64,000 nt of DNA. Source: Plasmodiophora brassicae (taxonomy: Eukaryota). The first letter of the stretch is position 1. Each line of letters starts with the position of its first letter. This document shows positions 24,423 to 39,842 of the stretch, piece after piece. Under the pieces are notes generated by a model. It was given only the letters and a program-made list of their open reading frames with translations, did not search any database and was not told where the DNA came from. The stretch covers positions 62,001-126,000 of the forward strand of contig CP145413.1 in the NCBI GenBank assembly GCA_036867785.1, in the 5' to 3' direction. The position numbers and the translations under genes were made by a program.

Positions 24423-24486
24423 ATAAGTGCGCCCGTGGGCGACGATAAGTGCGCCCGTGGACGACGATAAGTGCGCCAGTGGGCCG
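24423..24486. repeat. 22-bp tandem repeat, ~3 copies
   Basis: ATAAGTGCGCCCGTGGGCGACG / ATAAGTGCGCCCGTGGACGACG / ATAAGTGCGCCAGTGGGCCG. Confidence 0.9.
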
Positions 24487-24549
24487 TATATATCCCGGGA
24501 GGGGGTCACCGGCGCCGTACACTGGTCAACGACGACCCGCGTCGGCGAA

Positions 24550-24952
24550 ATGTCGGTGCAGATCAACAGGACGAGTCTGCAGCTGTACCGGGACTGCATG
24601 CGCCTGGCCGCGTACATTGCGCCGCGGTCGACGCCCAAGGGTGCCAAGCTGCGCGCGATGATCACCGAGCAGTTCCGGGCGCACCGGTTCGAGACCGACC
24701 CGACCAAGGTCGAGGAGTGCAAACAGGCGTACGTATCGTCGACTGGACATGCCGGTGGCGGCGCACGTCTGATGGGTACGCTTTGGCGTTAGCGCGATCC
24801 GCGGCTTGACGAATTACCTGGCGTTCGACGGCCTGTCGAAAGCGTCGCCAGAGTACGCGAAATCGAAGCTGGCGGATGACGACGACGGCGAGGAGCAGCA
24901 GGCAGCGACCGCTGCGGTGTCGTCACCGCCGCAAGATCAACAAGGGCCCTGA
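24550..24952 (+). CDS. LYR-motif (Complex1_LYR) mitochondrial protein, 1 intron
   Basis: SLQLYRDCMRLA...QFRAHRFETDPTKVEECKQA|AIRGLTNYL. Confidence 0.85.
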
Positions 24953-24973
24953 TTGGAATACGTTATATATAGT

Positions 24974-27531
<2,558 letters not shown>

Positions 27532-27667
27532 ACGACCTGGCAACGACAACCAAAGCGTGTGCATCGGGTCTGGCCCCGCCCTAGCCTAGGTACTGTCGCG
27601 CGGCGGCACGACGGGCGGGAGCGGGGGGCCTCCTGTCTGTCTGCAGGTCCCTGGGCCTGTCTTGTCG

Positions 27668-28653
27668 ATGTCGCCTCCGCCGCCAGGCCGCCTCGCCTCA
27701 GCGGACGTACTCCGACGGGCGATCGCTGCCGTCTGCGCCTGGCAGAACGCGTTCGCGTTCCTGTGTCTCGTGATCGGCACCTACGTCGACACGATCCTGC
27801 AGGCCTACATCCAAGCCCATCCGCTGGCCGGTGTCGAGGCGCCGCCGGTGCCCGACCTCGGGTACACGGCACTGTCCGCTGTGCACCTGCCCGCCTGGCT
27901 CACAGCGGACATCGCCCTGGGCGCCGTATCTGCAACCGCGTTCGTCCGCGTCCTGCTGGAGGACGACCGCGTCCGACTCCTGCGAAGGTATTTCCTGCTG
28001 CAGGGCATCATGTTCGTCATGAGAGGGTCGACCATCACGGTGCGTCTGTCGTATCGACGCCAGGGCGCGGGTGGGCCTGTCGTTCTGAACCGCTTCACGG
28101 CAATCGTCAGATGACGCAGCTGCCGAGCGCGAATGCCGCGCTCTGCACGAACACGACCGACACGGCGGCCAGCCCGTTCCTGTCGGGCCTGCTGGTCGCG
28201 TTCGGCGTCCAGGGCACCTGTCGCGACATCATGTTCTCGGGCCATTGCACAACAATGACGCTCTGGCTGTTGCTGGTCTTCCTGCAGGCCAACCCACGAC
28301 ACGCGTCGACGGCCTGGAGGATCATATCGGTGCTGTTCAGGGCGGTCCTGCTCGGCGAATACATTCTCGGCGTGCTCATCCTGGTCGGCGACGGGTACCA
28401 CTGTGCGTATCGGGCACGGTTGGACCGCGGCGCACGCCCCAAATGTGTTGACGCGGCTGCCATCTCAGACTCGGACGATGTCATCATTGCGTTCCTGCTG
28501 GCGTGCCTGCTCGTATCGCTGTATTACGCGCTGGTCGAGCTGAACCGATTCGTGTACGAAACGTCGATGGGCCCGCCCGACGACGCCTCGGCCCGGTTCG
28601 GCACAGGGCGCGCCACCACCAAATTCGTCGCCTGGTTCGAGCGGTTCCAGTAA
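27668..28653 (+). CDS. Sphingomyelin/IPC synthase-like (PAP2_C) phosphotransferase, copy 2
   Basis: VPDLGY, RGSTIT.TQLPS, CRDIMFSGHC, spliced GDGYHYSDDV. Two introns at positions equivalent to copy 1. Confidence 0.85.
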
Positions 28654-29088
28654 ACCAGGTCGGGCCAGGCAGACCAGCGCCTGCTGCCGCCCCCACACGA
28701 CGTCCGGGCCTAAATATAGGCGCCAGTCCGCCCCACCGGTTCGCCGCCGCTGCAGTTCGGGAGGCGGCAAAAATGGAGCTGTTGTCTGTTCCGCGCGACG
28801 GCGGCGGGCGCTAAAAAAGGTCGCCCCCTGCCCCTGCGTGCATCGTCGTATAGTGCCCGGTGTGGCAAGGTGTTACAAGCGACGGGGGCGCGCGCGCCGC
28901 CCAGGCAGACGGTGCGGGTAGTCCACCTACCAACGTGTAACGCGGCGCAACGGGCGCCCCCGGTAACGCATCGCGCGCGGGTAAAAGCGCGGCGCTGTGA
29001 CGTGACGCGGGAGGGGGGCGGGTCCCGGTCCGGACGGGGGCGTGACGACGCGAGCTCCAATTTCCCCCGGTCAGACTCGATCTTGACC

Positions 29089-30129
29089 ATGTCCGTGGTG
29101 CATCGGCAGGCGCCGGCACGAGGCGGCGGCGACGACGACGCGCCATCCCGGCCCTGCAAGATGTGCGACGCGGTCCTGTCGAGTCTCGCCGAGCTGCGCG
29201 CCCACCAACGCGTCCGTCAACGTTTGCCCGCCGTGCGTCGTTTGCCCTGCGCTGACTACCGGCACAGTCTGTACATAGCAGCGCGCAGCCGTACCACTGC
29301 CAGGTCTGCGACAAGCGCTTCTTCTGGAGCGGGTCGCTGTCCAGGCACATGCGCATTCACAGCGGGTCGCGCCCGTACACCTGCAGGGTCTGCAACAAGA
29401 GCTTCACACGTAAGTGGCGGCGCACCTCGTGTGGCAAACGATTCGTCCCTAACCGTCGCCCTGTGTGTCTGTCCAGAGAGCGGCACGCTCCAGCGCCACA
29501 TGCGAACGCACACCGGTAGGGATCAGATCGTACAAGTGCCGGCGACGGTGACACTGACCGTCCCGGCAGGTGAACGGCCTCATGAACGCGGGCTGTGCAA
29601 GCGCGACCTCGCCACGAACATGGTCGTCGGCTGTTCCAACGGGTTCGTCGGGATGGTCCCCGCGGCGACATCGCCGGTGGCCTCAGCCGTCAGCCTGCCC
29701 GTGGCGAATACCGGGGCGGGTGGCGTGCCGCTTCGTCCGCGGCAGGCGGCGCCGGCCGCGTCGTACCCCGTGTTCACGGTCCGGAACGTGGTGCGCAGGA
29801 GGCCCGGCGCCGCCTGCCGCAGCCTCAGGACGGGCGGGATCGCCGCCGGTCGCGATCGTTTGCCGACGACGCTGCTGCCGGACGGGAAACTGGACGACGC
29901 CAAGTCGATCGCGGCGGCGCGCCTACTGGAGAGCATCGCGATCGAGTTCGCACGCCGATCGCAAGCGACGACCGAGCACGCGACGGTCACCAAGGTATCG
30001 ACAACGACGACGTTCCAGGCTGTTCACGACCGGGGCCTGTCGCGGGCGGCGCTCGACTCCCGGATGTTCCACCAGCGACGCGACGTCGGCCTGCACGCGT
30101 CGGCGTTCGTCACGGCCAAGCTGTGCTGA
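29089..30129 (+). CDS. C2H2 zinc-finger transcription factor (spliced)
   Basis: [63 protein letters not shown]. Confidence 0.85.
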   Translation: MSVVHRQAPARGGGDDDAPSRPCKMCDAVLSSLAELRAHQRVRQRLPAVRRLPCADYRHSLYIAARSRTTARSATSASSGAGRCPGTCAFTAGRARTPAGSATRASHVSGGAPRVANDSSLTVALCVCPESGTLQRHMRTHTGRDQIVQVPATVTLTVPAGERPHERGLCKRDLATNMVVGCSNGFVGMVPAATSPVASAVSLPVANTGAGGVPLRPRQAAPAASYPVFTVRNVVRRRPGAACRSLRTGGIAAGRDRLPTTLLPDGKLDDAKSIAAARLLESIAIEFARRSQATTEHATVTKVSTTTTFQAVHDRGLSRAALDSRMFHQRRDVGLHASAFVTAKLC

Positions 30130-30361
30130 CGCACGTCGCCAAGGAGGGCTTCACACCCGCACGGGTGTGGCCCCAGGCGCGACGACCTGCCGCCCGACCC
30201 TGTAACTTATTCGACGAACCCTGCATAGCCCCATGCCACTGATTAGATCGCGACCCGTGTCCTAGTTCCAGTGCACCCGCGCGTACCATGTTTATAAGAT
30301 ACACTGGTGGGATTGCCTGCCACCCTGTGGGTACACACTGTCCCCGCACCTGTGGGTCGCT

Positions 30362-33300
30362 CTAACGCCGCTGCTCTCCCGGTCGGTCGTCTGCCAGAAG
30401 GGCCCGGACCTGATCCGGGCCCAGGCCGGACAGCGCCTGGAACCGCGCCAGGTACGCTGCGTTGCCGTGGACGACGACGTTGTGCTGCAGAGCCCTGTAC
30501 CACCAGATGGCGTATGAGCAGACCCGACCATCGATCGCGTCGTCGCGCGGTGCTACTCTTTCCAGAACGCGAACGACTCGTCGCTGCGGTCGCTGTCGTA
30601 GCCGAACGCGCGCGCGACAACCACGGCCTCGTCAAAGTCGGCGTGCTGCGCGATAAACGACCCGGACGATTCGTCGTCGAGGGACAGGACGGCGGGTAGG
30701 CGACTCCCCAGCGATATCAGCGGTATCTGGCGCCAGCAGGTGAGCCGCAGGGCCGGGACGCAGGTGTGCGGCGCCTACCAGGTTCACGCAGGCCCGCTTC
30801 CCTGGGCCATGGTCGCCGGCGTCGAAACTCTGGTACGCTTCGCGGATCGCTTCGATGCAGAAGTGGACCTGCGCCGTATCGCCAGGCGCGAGCGTTCGCA
30901 TCCGGCGCCGCGCCTGCTAGAGGTCAGCAGCAGCAGCAGCAGCAGCTCCTTTGGAAACGGTTCGCACGATGTTACCTGGTAAAGGAAGATCTGGCCAACG
31001 GCGCTGTGCCGTTTGAACCGCCTGCTGATGTCGATGACGGCATGGAGCGAGCGCGACGCGGTCCACGACACGAGGAAGGCGTCCAGAGCGGCGTCGACCG
31101 GCGGGCACAGCTGCAGGACGTGCTCGATCAGCGAGTACCGATGGGCCGACAGCGCCGATGACAGCAGGTGCTCGATCGGCGAGCGGTCCACCACCAGCAG
31201 TAGCACCTGTGTCGGGGGTGGGGCGCTCACGTCACTGACAGGCCGGCTGGATGGGATCCCGTTCGACCTGTGCGATCCTGTCCGCGGCCGTGTTGCCCGC
31301 CTCGACCAGCTGGCCGATCAGCGCGTTCGTTCGCTGAAGGACGTCGCGCAGGAACGACAGGGTGGGCGTCTCGATGGCGGCCGCGAAGGCTAGCCCGAGC
31401 CAGAGCGGGAGGCTGTCGGACGACGACAGCTGCCGCGATAGGACCGGGAACAGGGACCGGCCGGGCGCGATCGACCTGATCAACCGGATGTACGCCAGCG
31501 ATTCGTCCAGGGACGACGACAACGCCGACTCGTAGACGTCGTGAGCGCCCTGCAGCAATGCAAGCACCAAGGCGTCGGCGTCGGCGTCGCTGTTGCCGAG
31601 CAACGTGACGCAGCGATGGGCCAGGTCCTGCAGCCGGGCGGGCAGCAGGCCCGGGTGTCGCACGCGGCGCATGATGCAATGCAGGATGGACGGCGCCGTC
31701 ATCGTCGACGCTGGCACGCCGAGTTCCACCTGGACGTCGTGCAGGACGTGCAGGCGCTGGCAGACCGGCCCCTGTGTGCAGGCGATCAGTGGACCAGTAT
31801 AGCCCACTCGATGGAGTGACAGACCGCGAACCATGCCAGGCGCGGCAAGGTGCCGAGCAAGCGCGACGCGTACGCGTCATCGTCGACGGACGCCTGCTTG
31901 GCCAGCGCGGGGTCCTGTTCTAAAGCGGCGGCGCGAACGGCAGGCGGGAGGACGCGCGTCTGGCAGGCGCGGACCAGGTCCAGGTCCCAGCTGGCGTATC
32001 CTCGGGGTTGCAGGCGCGCGTACATCTGCTCGAGGCGCATCGCCTGCTGGATATTCCCCAGCGAGCGCCCGATCACGACATCCGCCAGCAGCCTGGGCGA
32101 CCCGCTGCCGACGGGTTCGAACATCCAGGGACGCGGTGCCGACCCCGTCCCTGACGACAGGAGCGACACCTCGGTGTCGGTCAGATGCCCGACCAGCAGG
32201 TCCCGGTCGGCGTCATCCCCCAGGGGGAGAACGAGACGCGCCCAGAACATTGACGCCAGGCGGGGGTCGCCCCTCGATATCCGCCCCAGGCACATGGTCC
32301 AGTGACGGCGTCGCTCCGTTTCGAACTCCCAGATCGCGTGCCGCCTCAGGCCTGCCGTCATCTCCAGCAGGTCGCCCACCACCACCTCCGTCGACGTTGC
32401 CACTGGGGTCGTACTGCCCCCCACCGGTACCGTCTGCCGTTCCGGAGGCGCCACTGGTTCCACCCGGGACGCCCAGTTCTGGTCGTTATGGAACAGCGCC
32501 AGAGCGAGCGCGCGCCGATCGCTGGACGACGAGTGCTGCTGCTGCTGCTGCTGAAGGCGGGCGTAGAGGCGGGCGGCCAGCTGGCAATGCCATCCGGCGG
32601 CGATCCGGTCCCGCGTCGCGCGAAACGCCGCGACTGCATCGCGCACTGGCACCTGATCCGACCAGGCCAGCAGCGTGGGCCCGTCCGGCGCCGTCACCCA
32701 GGCCGCGCACAGCGCCTCCCGGATCGGCAGCCCATGCAACAACCGGTAGTGGACGCCCACGACCTGGACGTACGTTGCACAGGTTAGCCCCACAGGCGAC
32801 TCCGGCAAGGATCCCCGTCGACGTACCCAAGGCGGATGCGGCCTGGGGCTGTACGGGGACGCCGCCTGCGTGACGACAACGCTCATGCGGCGCCCAGGAA
32901 CGGCGACAGCGCGTCGCTCCTGGCGATCGGCGCCGTGCAGCGCATCGGCGAACAGTCGTTCGTCGTCGACGTCGAGCGGGAACCGGTCCAGTTCGGTAGC
33001 GACGTGGGACGGGTTCGCGAACAACCGCACGACGTGCCGTAAATCGGCGCCTGCGCCTCGCAGCCCGTCCCGATGCAGGCGCCGCCCGTTGTAGATCCGC
33101 TGCGCTGCGACAATGTGCACGTCCAGCGGCGCCGGATCGCTGCCCGACAACTGCAGCAGCAGGCGACAGCTTCGCAGGACGAACGGGTCGCACAGGTTGG
33201 CGACGGCCAGGTCGACGACGCCCTGCGGCGTGACGGGACGAAGCGCCGCGGCTCGAAACGGGGCACAACGTTGCAGGTGGTACTCGACGTCCAGGTGCGA

Positions 33301-36300
33301 TGCGCCTGGATCCACGGGGCTGACGTCGGACAAGCGGAACGCGTCGACGTCGGCGACGTTGCCGAGGTGCACGGGGCGAACGCCGGTCAGAACGTCCCAG
33401 GGACGGACTGGTCGCAAGGTCAGGTCCAGGGCGGCGTCCAGCGTCCGGCCGCCCGTCCGCAACGGATCGCCCTCGTCATCGGCGATCTGGAACGTGACCT
33501 TGTAATCCCGTTGCAGGTCGGGGGCGACAGCCAGCTCGTCCAGGACATACCTCACGAACTGGAGCGAACTCGCCGACAGGCACAGGGGCGACGTCCTGTC
33601 CAGCAGCGCGCCGCATTGGCACAGAGTTCGCAATCGGGCACCTGCGTCCCGGTCGAGGAGGATCCCGCGTCGAGCACAAGCGTCCAGTACGAGCGCGCGG
33701 AACGCCGACGACTGAATCGCGTTCCCGTCGTGGTACTGGCGAAGCAGAGCAATGGAAGCGTTCGTGTCCCCGTTGTCGCTGTGCACGTTGCCATCGGGAT
33801 CGAGCCAGGCACCCGACAGGTCGATCTCGTTGATCAGATGGCGGATTCGCGATGCACAGCAGGTCTCGACGGCGTAGGCCAGGCGGTGACAATGCGCGAC
33901 GTCGCCGCTGGGTTCAATATTGCTGCCGGCGTCGAGGAGGACGAGCGCGCGGGTCTGCTGGGACCACCGATCGACTTGCGCCAACGACGCGCATAGGTAT
34001 GGGCTGTCGCTGGGATGCAACCCGGATGGCGGCACGTCGACGAGGTCCACCTCGGGCGCATCGTCCACCACGTTCTGCCATCCGAAACGACCGGGGTCGC
34101 CATTGTCGTAGTCGGCGGTGGGCAGCAAATCGGTGACATCGCCCGTGCGTAACGGTAACCACCAGGGGCCCCCGTCCTCGTCGTCAGATTCGGTACCGTC
34201 GCTGGCATCGGAATCGCTCCCGCATTCGACGTTCGCCGCCGTTCCAGAGTTCTGCAGAATGCTTGCAGGTTAGTGGACGTCGGCGTCGACATCCACAATG
34301 ATGGTCGTGCGTCACCTGGGCAGTGAGACGGTGGGTCCAGCGACACGTCTGAACGACAGCGTAGCTCATAGATGGGTACGCCTGCTCCAGTTTGCCCATG
34401 TATTCGAGCAGGTCGACCTACGACAGTCAATGAATCGCGTTGCCGGCCGGCCCGAGCGTCTACCTCGTCCTGCAAGATCGTGGATCGTTGCGATTTCAGA
34501 AAGGCGAGCAGGCGCCGGCGCAGAGACGACGACGAGGTGCGGTAGGCGACGTCGACGATAAACGGTATCGGGGCGATGCCCATCCGGTTCAGCAGCCGCA
34601 CGACAACGCCAGCGAACGCCATCCGGTCGTTGCTGAGCATCCGGTAGGCGTGGAGCCGGGCCGCGCCCTGCAGGTTCAGCATGCACTTCCTGCAACACGA
34701 TCACGTTAGAGCGCCAGTGCAACTGGCTGGACCATACAGCACGACCTGATCGAATCGCCGGAACGTCGGTGAAGCGCAAGAAGCGATTCCGAGAGGGCGC
34801 CGGTTCGGGTGACGGCCAACAGGAGGGCGTCCATGGACACATCCGTGTGGTGGGACGGCCTGGAACGAACGGAACGAGCGCGAGTCGCAAGCGGTTCCGA
34901 CGTCGGAGTCGGGTCGCTGGCGACCGATCGACGGATGGCGACGTTACGCGATTGGAATTGTCGCAGGAGCTCCAGGTTGCCGGACAGCTTCAGGATCATG
35001 GCTTCGTTGGAATCATCTGTGTGCTCCACACGCCGGGTCAGCGGTCGCTCAACGGTTCGATCGCCAGGCTCCGACCATGCGCTAGAGACGCCGATAGGCT
35101 GTGTCGGCTTTGCGGGCGCGAATAATGCAAGAACACCGCCCTGGTGACTATAGACACACATGCTGTTCAGCGAGTGTCGATCAATCGCTAACGTGGCCCA
35201 GTTACTGGAATGTGCTGCCGTCCGATGGACATCGTGGAGTTCGAGTTCGGCGCTGTAGTCGCGAATCAGGTGTGAGGAGAAGTCGACGGCGGTGCTGAGC
35301 AGGGCGTTGAAGTAACGGTCGCTGAACGTCGTCCACTCCGTGAAGATGTGGTGGAGCAGGTGCTGGCAGCCGGCCAGGTGCTGGCCCTTCTCCAGATCTG
35401 CCCATATTCGGCAATCAGGGCGCGGTAACGCCGGCCCATAACGAGGGACCGACCCAGCAGGCTTTGCGCAATCAGGAGGTGATCGCGTCTCTTGATGCCG
35501 AGCAGGAGCACCTGCATGACGGTTGGCGAATGACTCTGCAGGTTCAGGCACGACACGTGTTTCAGGGTTTGCAGGCGGTGCCCGGCGACGACCAACGACA
35601 GGAGCGCCGGGTGTACCCCATCGGACAGGACGGCATGCGCCTGGCCGTCGATCAGGACAACGGGCATCTGCGACATCGACGACAGGTGACAGAATGATAT
35701 CACGCTCCGGCTGCTTGCTAACGTTGTCAGGAGCGCGTCGGCAGACCCGACCCGGCACAAGTGGTACAGGTCTGCCCCACAACGGGCGTTAGAGTTGGAT
35801 GGCACTGGCTGAGGATTCGAACGCATACCTGTCTCACGGGAGTGGACGACGGCGAAATCGTCCGATACGTCGGTGGTACCCCCAACCCAGACCTGGACGA
35901 AGACGCCGTCTTGGGGCGCTCGCGTTCTTCTATATTGGACGACGTTCCGATCATCGCGCCACCGCCGGGGACGCCCGAAGTTTACGATCAGCGCGGCCGT
36001 GCCTCCATCGGCAAGAACAGCGACCCGATTCGCGTTGTTGTTCAACACGCCCGCCGTGAACGCGTCCGAGGGAATGCGATGCTCAGCAATATCGCACAGG
36101 GTCTGGGTTCGAAGATCCAGAACGCGAACAGAATTTTGAAGGGACAGCCCGATGGCGCGCGACCGCGAACAAGCTAAGACACGCCCGTCGAAGACGATGT
36201 CGCGCTGGACGTGCTCCAAGCGGATGGTGTCACTGGGTCGATCGAGGCAGGGCCTGACGAGATGCAGTTTTCGCCCAATGCCGACGACAAGTTCGCAGAG

Positions 36301-36671
36301 GCCAACTCTGAACATGACGACCGGGTCGCCGTCGTGCAGAAGCAGAGCAACGGCTCTTGAGGAAGACGGCGCCCAGCACCGCAGCGTCCTGGTCCTCGCA
36401 TGATAGTACACGAGAATGTCAATGCCTGGATCCAGGAGCTGGCACCAGGCGAACCTGTCGGCGAGTGGTCACACGATAACGAACCGATGGATGATGCGGA
36501 TACGGACGCGACAACGTGGGAATCGATACAGGAAGAAACAGGGCCGTCGTACAGCATGAGGTCGTTGTTGCGATCTATCAGGGCGCATCGAGTGCCGCTC
36601 GACGCTGACACCGCCCCACTCTCACGACAGACGCGTACCCGACCGAGCATCGTCGCATGGGTATTTGCCAT
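30362..36671 (-). CDS. SPG11: Spatacsin (SPG11)-like protein, multi-exon; start uncertain
   Basis: Large beta-rich N-terminus plus alpha-solenoid. The C-terminal VLSLDD....FIAQHADFDEAVVVARAFG...FWK.ALQHNVVVHGNAAYLARF resembles Spatacsin_C. Confidence 0.65.
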
Positions 36672-37023
36672 TGTTGCCCCGCGACGACCCAGTTGTCGTC
36701 GTGCATACTGGGCCTAGGACTTGCAACGGGCGCCGCACCGGTTCACCATGAGCTTCCAGTCCTAGCACGCGCTCGTCGTCCAGTGCGATTCCAGGCGCAG
36801 CCGCTTCCAAGTACGGCCCACGATCCCTGCTGGGTCTGAAACGAGGTCAGCGTGACGAATACTTGCAGGCGACTGCGTCTTGTCAAACGAGACGGCTTGC
36901 GCCGAGAGCGTCAGGCAAATGACATCTGAGCCTAGCGCCAGGCGTCGTTCGGGTCCGTTCCGATACGTCAGGTGCTTGATGCCTACCAACGAGTCTTTTG
37001 ACACAATCCCGCGCACGCGGCTC

Positions 37024-37980
37024 TCATGTTAATACAATTCGGCCGGGTCGTCGTCGGCGAAGTTGCCCGCCTATCCGGGCAATCTGGTCCCGGTTCAGGG
37101 TGTTCGCCAGGCACCTCAACTGCGAATCGTCGATGGGCCCCGACCACGACGACGACAGCTTGGCTCCGACATAGCAGTCGCCCAGAGCGCTGTCCCTATA
37201 GAATTCCATTCAGACGGTCGACGAATAGCCTGTTGCGGGAGCCAAATCGTACAGCACGATATGAAGTTCGCTGTGACAAACGGCGGTCGCCGCCCGCATA
37301 CAGGCGAAATTGACATGAAGCCGGTACACGTTGTAGAGCAGGACGACATTCGGCAGAGGCAGCACCGACAATACTGCCGACATTGGCACGCAGAGTAGAC
37401 ACAACCTTCCAGAGGGGAATCAGATGCGATTCATGCCAATTCATCGCCGTGAGACATCAACTGACACTGCCCATTTGCGATGGTATTCGGCGGATTTCGA
37501 AGCCCAGATGCGCAACCCTCGACGAGCCATCCTGGCGTCCATCGTGTTGGGGACAACCACGTCGATTGCATCGGTCCGTGAAGGCAGAGCCCGTAGGAAA
37601 TGCTCCAACGGCGGATGCGACTCTAGTAGCGCCTTGGTATAGAGCTGTGCCCGAACAGTAAGGCGCTGGCGAACGCCCGTTACGGTTTTGAGATCTTCCG
37701 GTCGCGTTTGCCGTGCTCGGTCGAGCATGTCCTGGAATTGCTGGGTGCGTTTGACAATGAACCTGCCGCCAGTCAGCAAGGAGTGACGGGCACGACACCC
37801 GATTGACGTGCACGGTACCGCTGCACGCCGACCGGCAGGCGACTCTCGGCCGGGCGAGGCGCTCGCACCACATGCAGGAGTGTGCAATGGCGCGCGAGCG
37901 GCAACAGGGCGACGGTGACGGCACCCATCGAAAAACACGCACGCCAACTCCGAATGATTTATTCCGACCACGTCGAGCAT
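37024..37980 (-). CDS. Mitochondrial K+/H+ exchange-related (Mit_KHE1, YDL183C-like) protein
   Basis: PPLEHFLRALP, YHRKW, VPMSAVLSVLPLPNVVLLYNVYR motif. Confidence 0.65.
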
Positions 37981-38282
37981 CAGCCGACGGCCGTGCCCCG
38001 AAACCGAACATGTAACACCACGCGCGTCTGTTACCGACCGTCGACCTGCATTGCGGTGTGGGCGCAATCCCAGCTGCGAGGCTGCGTTCCCAGAGGTCAG
38101 TCAGATCTGGACCGGGTGGGGACCAAAAATAGGTTCAAGGACAGGAGTGGCTCGGCAGTCGGCGTCAGTGGACTGAATTCGTGTGGGACACGATTCGTGG
38201 TCCTGAGTGTCTGGAATGGTGGCGGCCGTGTCAGTTGCCCTGGTGATGACGGTGACGAGGTATATACGGTGCCCGTGTGGGG

Positions 38283-38995
38283 ATGTCCGTGACGGGGGCG
38301 GCCGAGTACCGGGACGCGAGCGCCCGGGAGCAGTGCGTCCTCGTTGACGAGCAGAACAATGTGGTCGGCGCGATCGCGCGTGCCGATATGCGACGTGACA
38401 ATCGTATGCATCGGGCCACGTATATCTTTGTCTTTGACGAGCAGTCAGTACGTCGCGATCTCGCATCGCCTGATGGTGACGGCCTCCTTGTGTCAGGAGG
38501 GCGCGAATCGTCGTGCAACGTCGAACTGATTGGAAGGATTACTGTCCCGGGAAGTAAGCGGTATGCGCTCCTATGGTTCGCTCCGCCTGACGGTGCGTTA
38601 TTCACAGGCTGGATGCGTGCTTCGGTGGCGTCGTGGCGTATGGCGAATCGTACGAGGAGAATGCGCGGCGCGAAATCAAAGAGGAGATCGGTCTTGATGA
38701 TGTCGCCCTGAAACATCATTTCACCGGCTTGTACACGGACGATACGACCAACGTGTGGGGCGACATCTGGTCCGCTCAATTCACTGGGTACGTGGCGCCT
38801 CCATATGCCAGCCACATCAGGTCGTCGACAAACGTCTTGCCCAGGGACCTCTCCGACCTCCGCTTACAGCCTGAGGAAGTCGCATCCGTCCAGTGGGTGC
38901 CGGTTGCCGACCATGGGACCCAAGCGGTGTCGCCCGATGAGTTCACGCCCGACTCGCTGCACTTCCTGCGGTTGCTCCTGTCGTCGACGACGTGA
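38283..38995 (+). CDS. Nudix hydrolase, YfcD/IDI-like (3 introns)
   Basis: VLVDEQNNVVG..RADMR....HRATYIFVF, QRRT.WKDYCPG.LDACFGGVVAYGESYEENARREIKEEIG, LQPEEV, FTPDSL. Confidence 0.85.
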
Positions 38996-39121
38996 CCAGC
39001 TGGACGCCTCCGGGGAACACTCAATACAACTGTCAGCAATCACGTGACGCCGGCTGCCCTGCACTGTGCTGGAGGATGCGGTCGGTCCCCCAGTGCAGGG
39101 TGCGACGGGTGCGGCGGCCGC

Positions 39122-39812
39122 ATGATCAAAATGGCGTTGCCGCCGGGTGCGGCGGGTGCTGCCAACCCCTGGTGCCCTGGACCTGGGGCCGGCGCACATC
39201 CCATCCAGGCCCTGCTCGACGAGTATCGCCTGGAGGCGCCACCGGGCGACGACGCGCCCGCTTGCGTGCGCGTCGGCGAGCGCGTCCTCGAGTCCGTTCG
39301 CCTATCCGCCCGGCACCATCAGGTGCGTCCGCCGTCGCCTCGTCCGCACCAGCGTCGTGATGCCTCCTGTTTTCCTCTAGCTGACGGTCGAGGCCGAGCG
39401 ACGCCGGCAGTACGCGTCGCTGTCGGAGACGATCGACGAGAAGGTGATTTCGTCGCGCGCCGATGCGATCGTGGACCTGGCCAACTACTGCCGGCATCTG
39501 CTGGCACACAGACAAGCGTTGCGGGCCTGCCTGGGGCGCGTGGTGACTGGCGACGCCATCTGCCTCGAGCATAAGTACCACGATGCCATGCGGGCGTTCC
39601 TCATGTCTGTTGCCCGGTTCAGCGTTGCTGACCTTGGCGCGGCCCTGTCGTGGGCCATCGAACCCAACGACCCCGCCCTGGACAAGGTCGACGAAGCGCT
39701 CGGCCGGATTCGCGAGGCGGCCAGCTCCTGCGACCGCCTGTTCGACGCCCTGTCTCGCGTCCGCTCGGCGCTGATCGAGTACGCGGCGCTGACCACCGGG
39801 AGGATTGCCTAA
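39122..39812 (+). CDS. HAUS2: HAUS augmin-like complex subunit 2-like (1 intron)
   Basis: N-terminal AANPW; LANYCRHLLAHRQALRACLGRVVTGDAICLEHKYH matches the HAUS2 pattern as I recall it. Confidence 0.6.
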
Positions 39813-39842
39813 ATGATATATTGATCCACCTGGCGGTGTCTA

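Noticed and set aside
24423-24486. CRISPR-like repeat
   Set aside because: Units are directly adjacent with no spacers, there are no cas genes and the context is eukaryotic.
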